From an uncultured Armatimonadia bacterium (GTDB lineage Bacteria; Armatimonadota; Zipacnadia; Zipacnadales; FEN-943): a stretch of DNA of 64,000 bases. Below the pieces are notes generated by a model. The model was not told where the DNA came from and did not search any database. It was given only the letters and a program-made list of their open reading frames with translations. Below, piece by piece: positions 38,017 to 47,712 of this stretch. The position numbers and the translations under genes are program-made. Location: assembly GCA_964608495.1 (NCBI GenBank), contig CAZSOQ010000001.1, positions 8,376-72,375 on the forward strand. Direction: 5' to 3'. The first letter of the stretch is position 1. The number at the start of each line of letters is the position of its first letter.

Positions 38017-38757
38017 ATGGGTGAACAACCGCTGGCCGAGGATGTCTGGGGGCAATGGCTGAGGGACTGCTACGAGAGCGGGCCGGTGCCCATCACGATC
38101 CGGCGTGATGACGGGCATTGCGACACGGCCTGCTTTGCCGGGGCGTACCTCGCCGCGCCGCCCGAGGTCGAGGAGGAGTTGCTGGGGCGCCTGTCCGGGC
38201 GCGTGCTGGACGTGGGCTGCGGGCCGGGGCGTCACCTGCTGTGGCTGCAGCAGCACGGCGTGGAAGCGGTGGGCATTGATGTCTCGCCGGGCGCTGTCGA
38301 GGTGGCCAGGGCCCGCGGCTGCAGAGACGTGCGCCTCATGGACGTCCACGAGCTGGGGTTCCCGGAAGACAGCTTTGATGGCGTCGTCATCCTGGGCGGC
38401 AACCTGAACCTGGGCGGCACGGCGGAAGGCCTGGCCCGGATGCTCGGAGGCCTGCAGAGGGTGGTGCGCCCGGGTGGCCTTCTCATCGGGCAGGGGCGCG
38501 ACCCCCTCATCACGAGCAATCCCGCCCACCTGGCCTACCACGAGGTCAACCGCCGAGCGGGCCGGCCGCCGGGGCAGGCGCGCGTGCGCGTGGAGTACAG
38601 GGGAGCCGCCAGCGAGTGGTTCTGGCTACTGCTCCCGGAGAGGGACCGACTGGCCGGGGTCCTGGAGGCGACGGGCTGGGAGGGCCTGGAGTGGCACGGC
38701 GAGCCGGACGCGGCCGGTTACTATGTCGTCGCGCGATGCCGAGCGAAGAGGGGCTGA
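38017..38757 (+). CDS. Class I SAM-dependent methyltransferase
   Basis: Motif I VLDVGCGPGRH; motif post-I GIDVS. Start is uncertain (37942 or 38017). Confidence 0.6.
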   Translation: MGEQPLAEDVWGQWLRDCYESGPVPITIRRDDGHCDTACFAGAYLAAPPEVEEELLGRLSGRVLDVGCGPGRHLLWLQQHGVEAVGIDVSPGAVEVARARGCRDVRLMDVHELGFPEDSFDGVVILGGNLNLGGTAEGLARMLGGLQRVVRPGGLLIGQGRDPLITSNPAHLAYHEVNRRAGRPPGQARVRVEYRGAASEWFWLLLPERDRLAGVLEATGWEGLEWHGEPDAAGYYVVARCRAKRG

Positions 38758-38811
38758 GGGACCAGGCGGCTGGTCGCCGGGAAGTGGCCGCGACGGCTGA
38801 CCGGCGCCCGG

Positions 38812-39144
38812 CTAGTCGCGGAAGCAGGCCACCCGACCCTTGCCGTCCTCGGTCCAGTGGTTGCTGATGCACGCGCAGCAGAAGCCCCGCCGGGTGCAGG
38901 CGTCGTAGGAGCAGACGCACTCGGCGGCGTTGGGCTGGACGTTCGGGCAGGGCACACGGTCAGGAAGGTCCACCGTCTCGGCGGGGCGCTTGGCGCCTTG
39001 CTGGCAGGCCGTGAAGGGCCAGGTGGCGTTGCCTCGATGGTTGGCGACGCACAGACAGCAGACGGCCCAATTGGGGCAGCTCTTCTCCGTGCAGGGGCAG
39101 AGCTGGACGTTGATCTCGCGGTTTGGGCATTCGAGCTGAGCCAA
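38812..39144 (-). CDS. Cysteine-rich small protein with an internal duplication (two ~45-aa Cys-rich repeats)
   Basis: TTG start 8 nt after AGGAGG. Repeats are CPNREINVQLCPCTEKSCPNWAVCCLCVANHRGNATWPF and CPNVQPNAAECVCSYDACTRRGFCCACISNHWTEDGKG. Confidence 0.45.
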   Translation of the reverse strand: MAQLECPNREINVQLCPCTEKSCPNWAVCCLCVANHRGNATWPFTACQQGAKRPAETVDLPDRVPCPNVQPNAAECVCSYDACTRRGFCCACISNHWTEDGKGRVACFRD

Positions 39145-39240
39145 GAACGGCACCTCCTGTGAGCTGGCGGCAAGACAGCGCGAAGCGCGACCCACCGGCC
39201 CGGACTCTCAGGCCGAGGATGCTGCAGCAGAACCCGCCGT

Positions 39241-39312
39241 GGCGCAAAGGGCGCGCCGGGGCCGTGGCGCAAAGGGCGCGCCGGGGCCGTGGCGCAAAGG
39301 GCGCGGCCGGCG
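39241..39312. repeat. Tandem direct repeat: 25-bp unit GGCGCAAAGGGCGCGCCGGGGCCGT in two perfect copies plus a third diverged copy; each unit carries the 8-bp palindrome GGCGCGCC
   Basis: Read directly: 39241-39265 equals 39266-39290; 39291-39305 repeats the first 15 nt. Confidence 0.85.
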
Positions 39313-39320
39313 ATGACCGG

Positions 39321-41609
39321 TTACCGCATCAGCTCGGCCAGGCTTTCGATGCGCCGGGCGAGCAGCCACCGGTACACGTCCATCTCTTCCGGTGACCAGA
39401 AGCCGTCGTACTTGTACTTGGCGACCACCGGGATGTTCTCCCAGACGAAGGACAGCGTCTTCTCGGCCACTGCCGCCTCCTTGCGCGCGGTCGCCGAGCC
39501 CGAGGCCTTCGCACGCTCGGCCAACTGCTGGAGGGTGTAGATGTAGCGGTAGTCGTCGTAGCCCTCGCGGTAGGCCTCCCACAGGGCGACCGGCAGCGGC
39601 GTGCCGTCCGCCTCGCTGCGGTTGAAGAAGTCCATGGCCGACCCGTCGAGGTAGTTGAGGGGATCGCCGCTGGACGACTGGTAGATCCAGGGGATGAGGC
39701 GCAGGAAGCCGGACCGCCAGAAGCCAAAGCCGTAGGTCATGCGGGCGCCGGCCACGGGCGTGTGATCGTTCTCGCCGTTGACGTGGTTGGGGTAGCACCA
39801 GTACCCGACCTTGCGTGCCGCCATGTCGGCCAGGAGAGGCTCGCGCTCGGGCAGGAAGGGCTGGGTGCACCACACGTCCACGAAGGGCCGCATCGGCTCG
39901 AAGGCCGCGTTGGTGGGGTCGGCGGTGACGTAGGAGCGGACACCGGCCGCCTGGACGGCCTTGAGGACGCCGACCATGAAGGCGACGGCTTCCTCGGAGC
40001 CGCCGGGCTCGTCTATGGGGTAGTAGAGGAACTCGGGCCAGCCGCGGCTCTTGCGCTCCCGGTCAAGGAGCCGGACCATCGCCGTGATTTCGGTGAAGAA
40101 CTCCGGCGGTGGGAGCTTCACGCCCGAGAGGTGGCTGCCGTAGCTTTCCTTCACGTACTTGCGGTACACGCCGCCGGTGTTGAAGCCCATCACGTAGGGC
40201 GGCTGGAAGCCGAAGCGCTCCGCCAGGGCGAGCTTGGCGCCCAGGCGGTCGAAGGCGTCGCCGGGATCGAAGCTCCCCTCGTCGTCGGCCTCGCGGACCC
40301 AGCAGCTCAGGACGACGTTGCGCGTGCCGTGGGCCACCATGTCGGCGTGCTCCAGCTCCGCCTTGCGCTCCCAGTACCGGCGCGAGACGTCGTCGGGCGC
40401 GCCGGCCACGCGGTCCAGCGGATGCCGGTAGTAGATGGCGTAGGTGTGCGCGGGGTCCTCCTGCAGCTTGACGTTGACCACGCGCAGGAGCACGGGGACC
40501 TGGACCGAGCGGCCGTCGGCCACGAATTCCAGGCCCGCACGGTACAGGCCCGGCCGGGCGGCCTCGGGCACATGGAGGGTCAGCCAGAACCGGGCGTTCT
40601 CGCCGGCCTTCAGCGGCCCGCCCTCCCAGCGGTCGAGGATGTCCGGCACGACACGGAACCGGTCCTGCACGCGGTAGTTGAGCCTGGCGGGCAGGAACCG
40701 GACCTTGCGCACGACGATGTTCTCGACCGGCACTGGCCCCAGCGCCTCGAGACGCACCTGCGCGCTCGCCAGGTCACGCAAGGGGCGGACGGTGAAGGTA
40801 AGCGGCTCGTACTCGCCGGGCGCGGCGAAGACCCGCAGCGTCGGGTCCTTCTCCTCGGGCGTGGGATTCGTCGAGGGGTATACCACCTGGGCCCAGTGGC
40901 GGCGCCACAGGTAGAAGCCGCGCTCCTGCTCGGCTTGCGTCGCGGCAGGCTCAGGGCCGGGGGACGGCTCGGGGTCCTGACGCCAGCGGGCCAGCTCCTC
41001 GTCGGGCGCCCACTGCTCCAGCCGGGCTATCAGCGCCTGGGCCGCCGCGTCGTCGGCGGGCTGCCAGGCCACGACGCCAGCCAGGCAGGCCTTGCTGCGC
41101 GGCGCGAGAGCCACCTTGATCCGGCCGTCGCTCGCGGCCGAGAAGGTGTGACCGAGGAATCGGTAGGGGCCCTCGATCTGGCAACGCCAGGTGTCGTCGC
41201 CGACGCGCACGTCGAAGTCCCAGTACTGGGCGGCGTTGCCGGCGCTCACTCCGCAGCGCACGTATACCCGCCACTGCCCGGGGTCCGCGGCGAAGGCGAA
41301 GGACGTGGGGGCGCCGGCGACGACGGCATCCTCGGTCAGGGCGTTGGTCCAGATGGGGGGAGGCTCGGCGGCGCCGCGGCTGACGTTCTCGACACTCTCG
41401 GTCCAGGCGCGGTGGTGCGCCGACAGGCCCTCGACGGAGGTCCAGCCGTACTGGGCCTCGGCGGTCGCCGGGGTCACCCTTTGCGCCTCGGGCCAGACGG
41501 GGGAGTCGTCCGAGCCCAGGTCGAAGATGAGCATCCGCGCGGCCACTGGTGAGGCCACCAGCGCGGCGAGGAGGACGGCCAGGGCGAGGACGAGGAGCCA
41601 GCGGGTCAT
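39321..41609 (-). CDS. Secreted hypothetical protein, possible glycoside-hydrolase-like (DUF4091/GH123-like) enzyme
   Basis: Signal peptide MTRWLLVLALAVLLAALVASPVAA. YYPIDEPGG resembles the DEP block of DUF4091. About 760 aa with coherent coding statistics. Confidence 0.45.
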   Translation of the reverse strand: MTRWLLVLALAVLLAALVASPVAARMLIFDLGSDDSPVWPEAQRVTPATAEAQYGWTSVEGLSAHHRAWTESVENVSRGAAEPPPIWTNALTEDAVVAGAPTSFAFAADPGQWRVYVRCGVSAGNAAQYWDFDVRVGDDTWRCQIEGPYRFLGHTFSAASDGRIKVALAPRSKACLAGVVAWQPADDAAAQALIARLEQWAPDEELARWRQDPEPSPGPEPAATQAEQERGFYLWRRHWAQVVYPSTNPTPEEKDPTLRVFAAPGEYEPLTFTVRPLRDLASAQVRLEALGPVPVENIVVRKVRFLPARLNYRVQDRFRVVPDILDRWEGGPLKAGENARFWLTLHVPEAARPGLYRAGLEFVADGRSVQVPVLLRVVNVKLQEDPAHTYAIYYRHPLDRVAGAPDDVSRRYWERKAELEHADMVAHGTRNVVLSCWVREADDEGSFDPGDAFDRLGAKLALAERFGFQPPYVMGFNTGGVYRKYVKESYGSHLSGVKLPPPEFFTEITAMVRLLDRERKSRGWPEFLYYPIDEPGGSEEAVAFMVGVLKAVQAAGVRSYVTADPTNAAFEPMRPFVDVWCTQPFLPEREPLLADMAARKVGYWCYPNHVNGENDHTPVAGARMTYGFGFWRSGFLRLIPWIYQSSSGDPLNYLDGSAMDFFNRSEADGTPLPVALWEAYREGYDDYRYIYTLQQLAERAKASGSATARKEAAVAEKTLSFVWENIPVVAKYKYDGFWSPEEMDVYRWLLARRIESLAELMR

Positions 41610-42514
41610 TGCCCGTCACCTCCCTGCCAGGGCGAATCGAGAAGGCGAAGATCGGCACCCAGCTCCGCGGCGTCCTGGCCGGGGACGACCAGGCGGTAGT
41701 CGCCCGCGGCGAGGCCCGGCGGGAGTCGCAGGGCCATCCGCGTCCTGCCCGCCGGCACCTCGGCCGTTGTGGTGGCCACCGCGGCGTCGCCGTTCATCAG
41801 CGCCAGCCTGATCTCGGCCTTCTCGCCCGGGGGGAGGCCCAGCACCTCGACCATCACGGGCAGGGCGGGGTCGTCCGCGAACCCGACCCTGGCGAGCGGT
41901 TCGAGGCTGACGACTGTGGGCTCGGTGAAGCGCGTGAGCTCAAGGTCGTCGAGGTAGAAGTCCACCGTGTCGCCGTCCTTGTAGCGGGACTCGGAGATGG
42001 AGAGCTTGATCTCCTGAGCCTGGTCGCGATCCGGAAGGTCGTCGAGCGGGAAGACCAGCTCGACGGCTTCGCCCTTCCGCAGGGACAGGTCGCGGCTCCA
42101 GTTGCTGCGCGGCCCCGTGGTCGTGATGAGCAGCGTGACGGGTAGGTTCGGCAGCTCGTCGCGGCTCGTGTCGGCGTAGATCCAGAAGCGGAGGCGCTCC
42201 CAGCCGGCCCAGTCCTGGGCCTCGGGGGGTATCTTCAGCCAGCACCTGGGCCAGCCGATGGGGTACTTGACCTCGCCGGCATGCCAGTCCACGGGGATGT
42301 GGAAGAGCAGGGCCCGTCCGGCGCGTGCGTGGGCGCCGGAGGGCTCCAGCGTGCCCTCGGTGACAGCCCAGCCGTCGAGAGCCTCGCCGTCCGCGAGAAG
42401 GAGGCGCTCGATGCGTCCCTCGCGGATCAGGCGCTGGGCGTCGGCCGCACCAGGCGGCAGGGCCAGCAGCACGAGCACGAGCGTCGCTCCGGGGAGCAGG
42501 CGGTCCAGAGACAT
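41606..42514 (-). CDS. Secreted hypothetical protein (beta-sandwich / Ig-like C-terminus)
   Basis: Start at MSLDRLLPGATLVLVLLALPPGAADA (signal peptide). Its stop overlaps the downstream gene's start by 4 bp (ATGA-type coupling at 41606-41609). Confidence 0.5.
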   Translation of the reverse strand: MSLDRLLPGATLVLVLLALPPGAADAQRLIREGRIERLLLADGEALDGWAVTEGTLEPSGAHARAGRALLFHIPVDWHAGEVKYPIGWPRCWLKIPPEAQDWAGWERLRFWIYADTSRDELPNLPVTLLITTTGPRSNWSRDLSLRKGEAVELVFPLDDLPDRDQAQEIKLSISESRYKDGDTVDFYLDDLELTRFTEPTVVSLEPLARVGFADDPALPVMVEVLGLPPGEKAEIRLALMNGDAAVATTTAEVPAGRTRMALRLPPGLAAGDYRLVVPGQDAAELGADLRLLDSPWQGGDGQ

Positions 42515-42579
42515 TGTGCCATCACCTCGCCTCGCGGTCTCGCATGGGCCCGACGCGGTGGGCGGCAGCCCCGTCCGGG

Positions 42580-43821
42580 TCACTGCCATGTTTCGTCTAT
42601 CAACTGGCGCGCGTGGGGCACGGCGCCGGCCACCTGAGGGCTCTGCCGGAGGCTGAAGAGCGTCTCGGCGGCGGGGATGAAGTCGTGGTCGGCAAGCACG
42701 GCGGCGGCTTCGGCCCACGCCGCGGCTACCAGGTCGGCGGTGGGCGCCAGCGCGAGGCCGAGCAGGTGGTAGTGCCCGGCCTGGCCGGGCTGCCGGGCGA
42801 TGGCCCCACGCGCCGCCTTCGCGGCGGCCTCGGCCTCTCCCCTCACTGAGAGCCTGCGGGCCTCGAGCGCGTGGGCTAGCGAGGCGTCGGCCCGCTCGTC
42901 GGCGAGAGCCGCGCGGATGTGGGCCGCTGCCTGCTCGTCCCAGCCCTCGGGGGGCGCTCCCTCCTCGGCCAGGTCCAGGAGCATTGCCGCGCGGAGCAGA
43001 TGAGCCGCGCCGAGCCGCGGCCGCGCCTGCGTCAGCCTCGCCAGCTCGGCCAGCGCGCGGTTCGGCTCGCCCAGGTCGAAGGTCACCTGAGCATAGCGCA
43101 GCCGCGCCCCGTCGAAGCCGGGGTCCGTGCGTAGCGCCTCGATGTAGGCAGCCTGGGCGCGCTCGCGGCTGCGGATGATCTCCGCCTCCCAGCCCTCCTG
43201 GAAGTACTGACCGGCGGTGGCGTTCTCTGTGCCGGGAGGCTCGTAGCGAAGCGCGGGGCTCTCGGGCGCCCGGGCCGCGGTCAGCAGGCGGTCGAGCCAG
43301 CCGGCCAGGCGAGCCAGCAGCGGTATCACGCCGGCGCGCAGCGTCGCCGCCGTGGCCCGGCGACAGGCCTCGAGAGCGCCCGCGAGATCGCCGTGATGGG
43401 CGGCCCGCAGCGCCAGCCACACCTCGTCGGCCGGGCTGTCACCGGTGGGCTCCGGGGCGGGCCAGTCGCCCTCGCCCTCGCCGTCGGTCCAGGCCTCAGC
43501 CAGCGCCTCCGGGGGCGCGGCGCCCACCTCGGTGAGCTGGTCGGTGAGGTGCAGATGCACGCCCCGGCCGGAGACGGCGGTGAGCCTAGGCCACGCCACA
43601 GGGGCGACTATCCCCGGCTGGAGCAGCACCGCCAGCCTGCGCTCGTGTAGCTCCTCGGCGGCCGTCCTCACCACGGGCACGAGGGTGTCCAGCTCACCGG
43701 CCGCGTCGCGCACCAGCGGGGGCTGCAGGTCACCCTCGCGTCGGCGGCGAAGCAGGTAATCGAGCAGTTGAGTGGCTTCCTCGGACAGCGGTCGGCGGAT
43801 CAGCGGGTGTATGCCGCCCAT
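42580..43821 (-). CDS. TPR-like repeat protein
   Basis: Ala/Leu/Arg-rich helical repeats (AAAHIRAALADERADASLAHALEARRL). Divergent from the nitroreductase gene. Confidence 0.4.
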   Translation of the reverse strand: MGGIHPLIRRPLSEEATQLLDYLLRRRREGDLQPPLVRDAAGELDTLVPVVRTAAEELHERRLAVLLQPGIVAPVAWPRLTAVSGRGVHLHLTDQLTEVGAAPPEALAEAWTDGEGEGDWPAPEPTGDSPADEVWLALRAAHHGDLAGALEACRRATAATLRAGVIPLLARLAGWLDRLLTAARAPESPALRYEPPGTENATAGQYFQEGWEAEIIRSRERAQAAYIEALRTDPGFDGARLRYAQVTFDLGEPNRALAELARLTQARPRLGAAHLLRAAMLLDLAEEGAPPEGWDEQAAAHIRAALADERADASLAHALEARRLSVRGEAEAAAKAARGAIARQPGQAGHYHLLGLALAPTADLVAAAWAEAAAVLADHDFIPAAETLFSLRQSPQVAGAVPHARQLIDETWQ

Positions 43822-43850
43822 GTCGGACCATCCCCCAGGGAGGTCGCGGG

Positions 43851-44480
43851 ATGAACTCCTTCCTCGAGCTGGCGAAGGGACGCCGTAGCGTCCGCCTGTA
43901 TAGACCGGAGCCTGTTCCGCCCCTTGTCATCAGGCGGTTGCTGGAGGCAGCGCGCTCGGCTCCCTCCGGTCTCAACGTGCAACCTTGGGAGTTCGTCGTG
44001 GTGACCGACGAGACCTTGCGGGCGCAGGTGGGGCGCAACGCCTTCTACTACGGCATCTACAGTCCGCACGTGGGGCGGGCGCCGGTCATCATCGCCGTGT
44101 GCATGAATAGGCGGCGCGGCCCCTTCGCGCGGGATGACTGCTGCATCGCGGCCACGCACCTGCTGCTGGCGGCCGCGGACCTGGGCCTGGGGGCGTGCTG
44201 GGTGGGCGGGCTGCGGCGCGAGGCGGTGCGCAGGAGCCTCGGCGTCCCCGAGGGCATGCAGGTGCTGTGCCTGGTCACCGTGGGCTACCCGGCGGAGAAG
44301 CCGCGGCCCACGCCCAGGCGCGACCTGGCCAGCATGGTGCACTGGAACGGCTGGCAGTCGCGCAGGCCGCGCTCGGGGGCGAGGTCGTGGGGGCCGCTGT
44401 CGGTGCTGGGCCACTTCCTCCGCGTGCAGATGTTGGCCCTCCGGCGACCCAAGGGCAAAGAGACCCCGCCGCACAAGTGA
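43851..44480 (+). CDS. Nitroreductase family protein
   Basis: RRSVRLY...PSGLNVQPWEFVVV and CWVGG blocks. Confidence 0.75.
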   Translation: MNSFLELAKGRRSVRLYRPEPVPPLVIRRLLEAARSAPSGLNVQPWEFVVVTDETLRAQVGRNAFYYGIYSPHVGRAPVIIAVCMNRRRGPFARDDCCIAATHLLLAAADLGLGACWVGGLRREAVRRSLGVPEGMQVLCLVTVGYPAEKPRPTPRRDLASMVHWNGWQSRRPRSGARSWGPLSVLGHFLRVQMLALRRPKGKETPPHK

Positions 44481-44523
44481 GCGTGGCCGCTCCTCGGGCG
44501 CTGGGGGGGGGCAGGCGCTCGGT

Positions 44524-46482
44524 CTAGGCCCGACGCTTCTCCGCGGCCCTCGCCTCGATCTCCTGGCGCGACAGGCCCAGGATCGGCAGGATGACCTGCA
44601 GGAACTCGTAGGCCTCGAAGGCGTCCTGCAGGGGCTCGTCGTGCCGCCAGGCCCACTCGACCACAGCGCAGGCGGCTTCGCGGGCGGTCTCGGGGTCGTC
44701 GCCGTGTCGGGCCACCAGCGCGCGGGCCAGGAGCCGCGTCAGCTCGGCGTGGTGGGCGAGCAGCTCCCAGGAGTAGCGGACCGCGGCGTCCGGGGCGTCG
44801 CGGTGGGCGTTGGCGAGGGCCTCCAGGCGGTCGGCGAGCGGCTCGATGGTCCGCCAGTCGCGGAGGGCGGCCTGCCGGGCCTCGTCGTCGCCCTCGCCGC
44901 GCAGGACGGGCGCGTTGAAGAGGCGCGAGAGGGTCTCAAGGCAGCGGCGCACTCTGTGGCCGTCCTCGCCGAAGGCAGCCGAGAAGTAGTCGGCTGCGAT
45001 GGCGTCGAAGGACGCGTCGCGGTCCCAGAGCGTGCGGCCCAGGACGGCCATGGGCAGGGCCGTCGGGAAGAACACGCGCTGGACCTGGCAGCTCACAAGC
45101 CCGTTGAGCCCCACGTCGAGCAGGCCGCACAGGTCCTCGTGCAGGACCCTGGCCGTGCCGTACTGGCCGGGGTCCTTGTAGTGATCCCACATGAGGTGGT
45201 AGTCGAAGTCGAAGCTGTCGCCGCGGAAGCCCTCGCGCCAGGCGTCGAGGAAGGCCAGGTTCAGCGCCGGCTCGCGCGGGAACTGGAGGGCGTTGCGCAC
45301 GTAGGGCGGCAGATCACCCTTCCACTTGTCCGCCGCCGTGAAGGACGTCGAGTAGGAGCGGGTGATCGGCGCGAACATCAGGATGAAGCGGTCGGGGTTG
45401 GCGAGGCGCTCGTGCTCGGGCGGCCACAGCAGGTCCACATAGGCCAGGAAGACCAGGCGCACGTCGAGGCCCTCGCGCGTGAGCTTCCCGTCCAGCTCGT
45501 TGAGCATGCGCACGTACAGGTCCGCGGGCCGGTGGTCGCGGCAGAGCGGGCACTCGCACTGGTTGTTGCTGCCATCGGCCAGCCACACGTGCAGGATGTC
45601 CACGTCGGGATTGCCGCGCACGTACTCGACCACGGCGTCGGTGAGGATGGCGCGCGTGTCGGGATTGCCGTAGCACAGGTTGGTGTTGAGCGCCATGCCG
45701 CCCCATAGCTCACGCTTGCCCTTGACCTCGGCCAGATGAATCTCTACCTCGGGGGGCAGAGGGTCCTCGTACGGGGTCCAGCCGGTGCCCGGGATGCCGA
45801 AGGGCTCGCAGGTCCAGCCGTGGCCGACCATGTGCAGCAGCAGGCCGCGGCTCTTGACCTCGGCGCGCACGCGGCGGGTGAGCTCGCGGGCGTGCTCCAG
45901 GCTGAAGTCGGCCGGCTCGAGGGTCGGGTTGCTCTCGTGCCGATACCATCGCTCGAAGAAGGTATAGGCTTCGCGGAACTGGATGAAGTAGGCGTTGAGG
46001 CCGAGCTTGGGCAGCCAGTCCACCATGTCGCGCACGTGCTCGAAGCTCACGGCCCCCTCGATGCACACGCCGCGATGCCGGTAGGAAGGGGTCTCATGGA
46101 CGCTCACCGGCGGGAGCGGACCTTCCAGGCGCGGCAGCCTCTCGCCCCTGGCACCGGGGCGGACCCACCGGCAGCCCAGCTCGGTGAGGTAGCGGTAGAC
46201 GGCGAACAGCAGGCTGCGCGGATTGGGCCCGGCGAGGACGCCGCCCGAGGCGTCCGTCTCGATCCGCACCTCGTCGTCCCAGCGCGGATCGAGCCCGGGC
46301 GGCGAGGTCCAGCCGAAGTCCTCGACGAGCCCCAGCCACAGGCCCGGCTGCGTGGGGACGTGCTCGGGGCGCTTCTCAGTCGTCCACTGCTCGCCCGTCA
46401 TCGCCGTCAGGCACCGCCCGAGCTCCTCGGCGGCGAGGGCGGCAACCGGCTCCTCGGTCAGCAGGTAGATGGTAGGCTCCAC
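44524..46482 (-). CDS. DUF4838-type protein (GH20-like putative glycoside hydrolase)
   Basis: PSYRHRGVCIEGAVSFEHVRDMVDWLPKLGLNAYFIQF resembles the GH20-like TIM-barrel entry found in DUF4838 proteins. Confidence 0.55.
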   Translation of the reverse strand: MEPTIYLLTEEPVAALAAEELGRCLTAMTGEQWTTEKRPEHVPTQPGLWLGLVEDFGWTSPPGLDPRWDDEVRIETDASGGVLAGPNPRSLLFAVYRYLTELGCRWVRPGARGERLPRLEGPLPPVSVHETPSYRHRGVCIEGAVSFEHVRDMVDWLPKLGLNAYFIQFREAYTFFERWYRHESNPTLEPADFSLEHARELTRRVRAEVKSRGLLLHMVGHGWTCEPFGIPGTGWTPYEDPLPPEVEIHLAEVKGKRELWGGMALNTNLCYGNPDTRAILTDAVVEYVRGNPDVDILHVWLADGSNNQCECPLCRDHRPADLYVRMLNELDGKLTREGLDVRLVFLAYVDLLWPPEHERLANPDRFILMFAPITRSYSTSFTAADKWKGDLPPYVRNALQFPREPALNLAFLDAWREGFRGDSFDFDYHLMWDHYKDPGQYGTARVLHEDLCGLLDVGLNGLVSCQVQRVFFPTALPMAVLGRTLWDRDASFDAIAADYFSAAFGEDGHRVRRCLETLSRLFNAPVLRGEGDDEARQAALRDWRTIEPLADRLEALANAHRDAPDAAVRYSWELLAHHAELTRLLARALVARHGDDPETAREAACAVVEWAWRHDEPLQDAFEAYEFLQVILPILGLSRQEIEARAAEKRRA

Positions 46483-46547
46483 GGCGCTGCGCCTCCTTGG
46501 GCTGCGGGGCTCTCAGCAGGCCCCAGGGAAACCGCGACAGCCTGTTT

Positions 46548-46595
46548 GCCCTGGCGGGCGACAACCTTCTCGCCCTGGCGGGCGACGCCTTCTCG
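46548..46595. repeat. Tandem direct repeat of 24 bp (GCCCTGGCGGGCGACAACCTTCTC / GCCCTGGCGGGCGACGCCTTCTCG), located in the upstream region of the DUF4838 gene
   Basis: Two adjacent copies with 3 mismatches, read directly. Confidence 0.8.
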
Positions 46596-46611
46596 ACGGG
46601 CCGCCGAACCG

Positions 46612-47712
46612 CTAGCGCAGGGCTTCGTCCAGCATCGTGAGGTAGTTCTCGACAGGGATGTAGCTGGGGATCGAGTTGCCGGAGCCGACGGCATAGCGTC
46701 CCCGCGGCCCACACTCGTCGAGGATGCCGCGCACGTAGGCCCGCAGGTCGTCGGGCGTGGCGCGCGTGAGGACGTTGACGTCCACGCCGCCGAGGATGGC
46801 GATACGATCGCCGTAGCGGCGCTGCATCTCGGGCACGGGGACGATGGCGTCCTCGAAGGAGTGCTTGCCGTCTATGCCTACCTCGGCGATCAGGTACTCC
46901 ATGATCGCCTCCAGGTTCCCGCAGGAGTGCAGGAAGTAGGGCAAGCCCTTCTCGTGGGCCATGTCGCGGAACCGCTTGTGCCACGGCAGTGTGTAGGTCT
47001 TGAGGTCCTCGGGCGAGATCAGCGTCGCCGTCCTGAAGCCCATGTCGTCGCCGGGGAAGACGGCGATGAGGTTGTCCAGCTCCAGCAGGTGGCGGTAGTA
47101 GCCCTCCATCAGGGATCCGATCCTGTCGGCCACGGCCCGCACCAGGTCGGGCTGGTCCATCAGGGCGAGACACAGCCCCTCGTAGGAGAGGATGGCCGAG
47201 AGGTGCTCGAAGATCCCGCCGGCATGGCAGGAGATGAGGCCCATGCCGTCGGGCAGGTGAGCGTTGATGTATTCGAGCGGGAAGAAGTCCATGGCCTCGA
47301 GGGACGGCCACGGGTAGGTCTCGAAGTCGTCCCAGCCCGTGATCGCGCCGTGGTGCTGGTCGTGCCAGGCGCGCTGCTGGTGGACGCCGGGAGCGGGGTC
47401 CTCGGCGACGAGCGTGTGCGCGGAGAAGGGCAGGGCGATCTCCAGGCGCACGAAGTCGTAGCCCATGCGGTACCAGAACTCGATGAAGCTGTCCCAGTAG
47501 CTGGCGTGAGACTCTCTGTCGCCGGGCCGGGGCACGACCCACTCCCGGCCGATGAGGCCCTCGAGGATCGGCCGCATCACGGCGGGGTCAACGATATACT
47601 CGACCATCGGCGGCCTCTCCGCCACTTCCTCCCCGGCCAGAATGCGGATGAACCGCTCGCGGTCGGGCTGCGGGTGCTGGAGTGGGACGCGCAGAGATGA
47701 CACAGATGACAT
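46612..47712 (-). CDS. URO-D / MtaA-like methyltransferase family protein (second paralog)
   Basis: URO-D fold blocks with LHSCGN (H-x-C) motif. GGAGGAAG RBS before the ATG at 47712. Confidence 0.65.
   Translation of the reverse strand: MSSVSSLRVPLQHPQPDRERFIRILAGEEVAERPPMVEYIVDPAVMRPILEGLIGREWVVPRPGDRESHASYWDSFIEFWYRMGYDFVRLEIALPFSAHTLVAEDPAPGVHQQRAWHDQHHGAITGWDDFETYPWPSLEAMDFFPLEYINAHLPDGMGLISCHAGGIFEHLSAILSYEGLCLALMDQPDLVRAVADRIGSLMEGYYRHLLELDNLIAVFPGDDMGFRTATLISPEDLKTYTLPWHKRFRDMAHEKGLPYFLHSCGNLEAIMEYLIAEVGIDGKHSFEDAIVPVPEMQRRYGDRIAILGGVDVNVLTRATPDDLRAYVRGILDECGPRGRYAVGSGNSIPSYIPVENYLTMLDEALR

Noticed and set aside
41606-43420. Full 604-aa ORF as listed in the six-frame track
   Set aside because: The N-terminal 300 aa are Arg/Gly/Pro-rich and overlap the well-formed TPR gene frame. 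The real product starts at the internal MSLDRLL signal peptide (42514).
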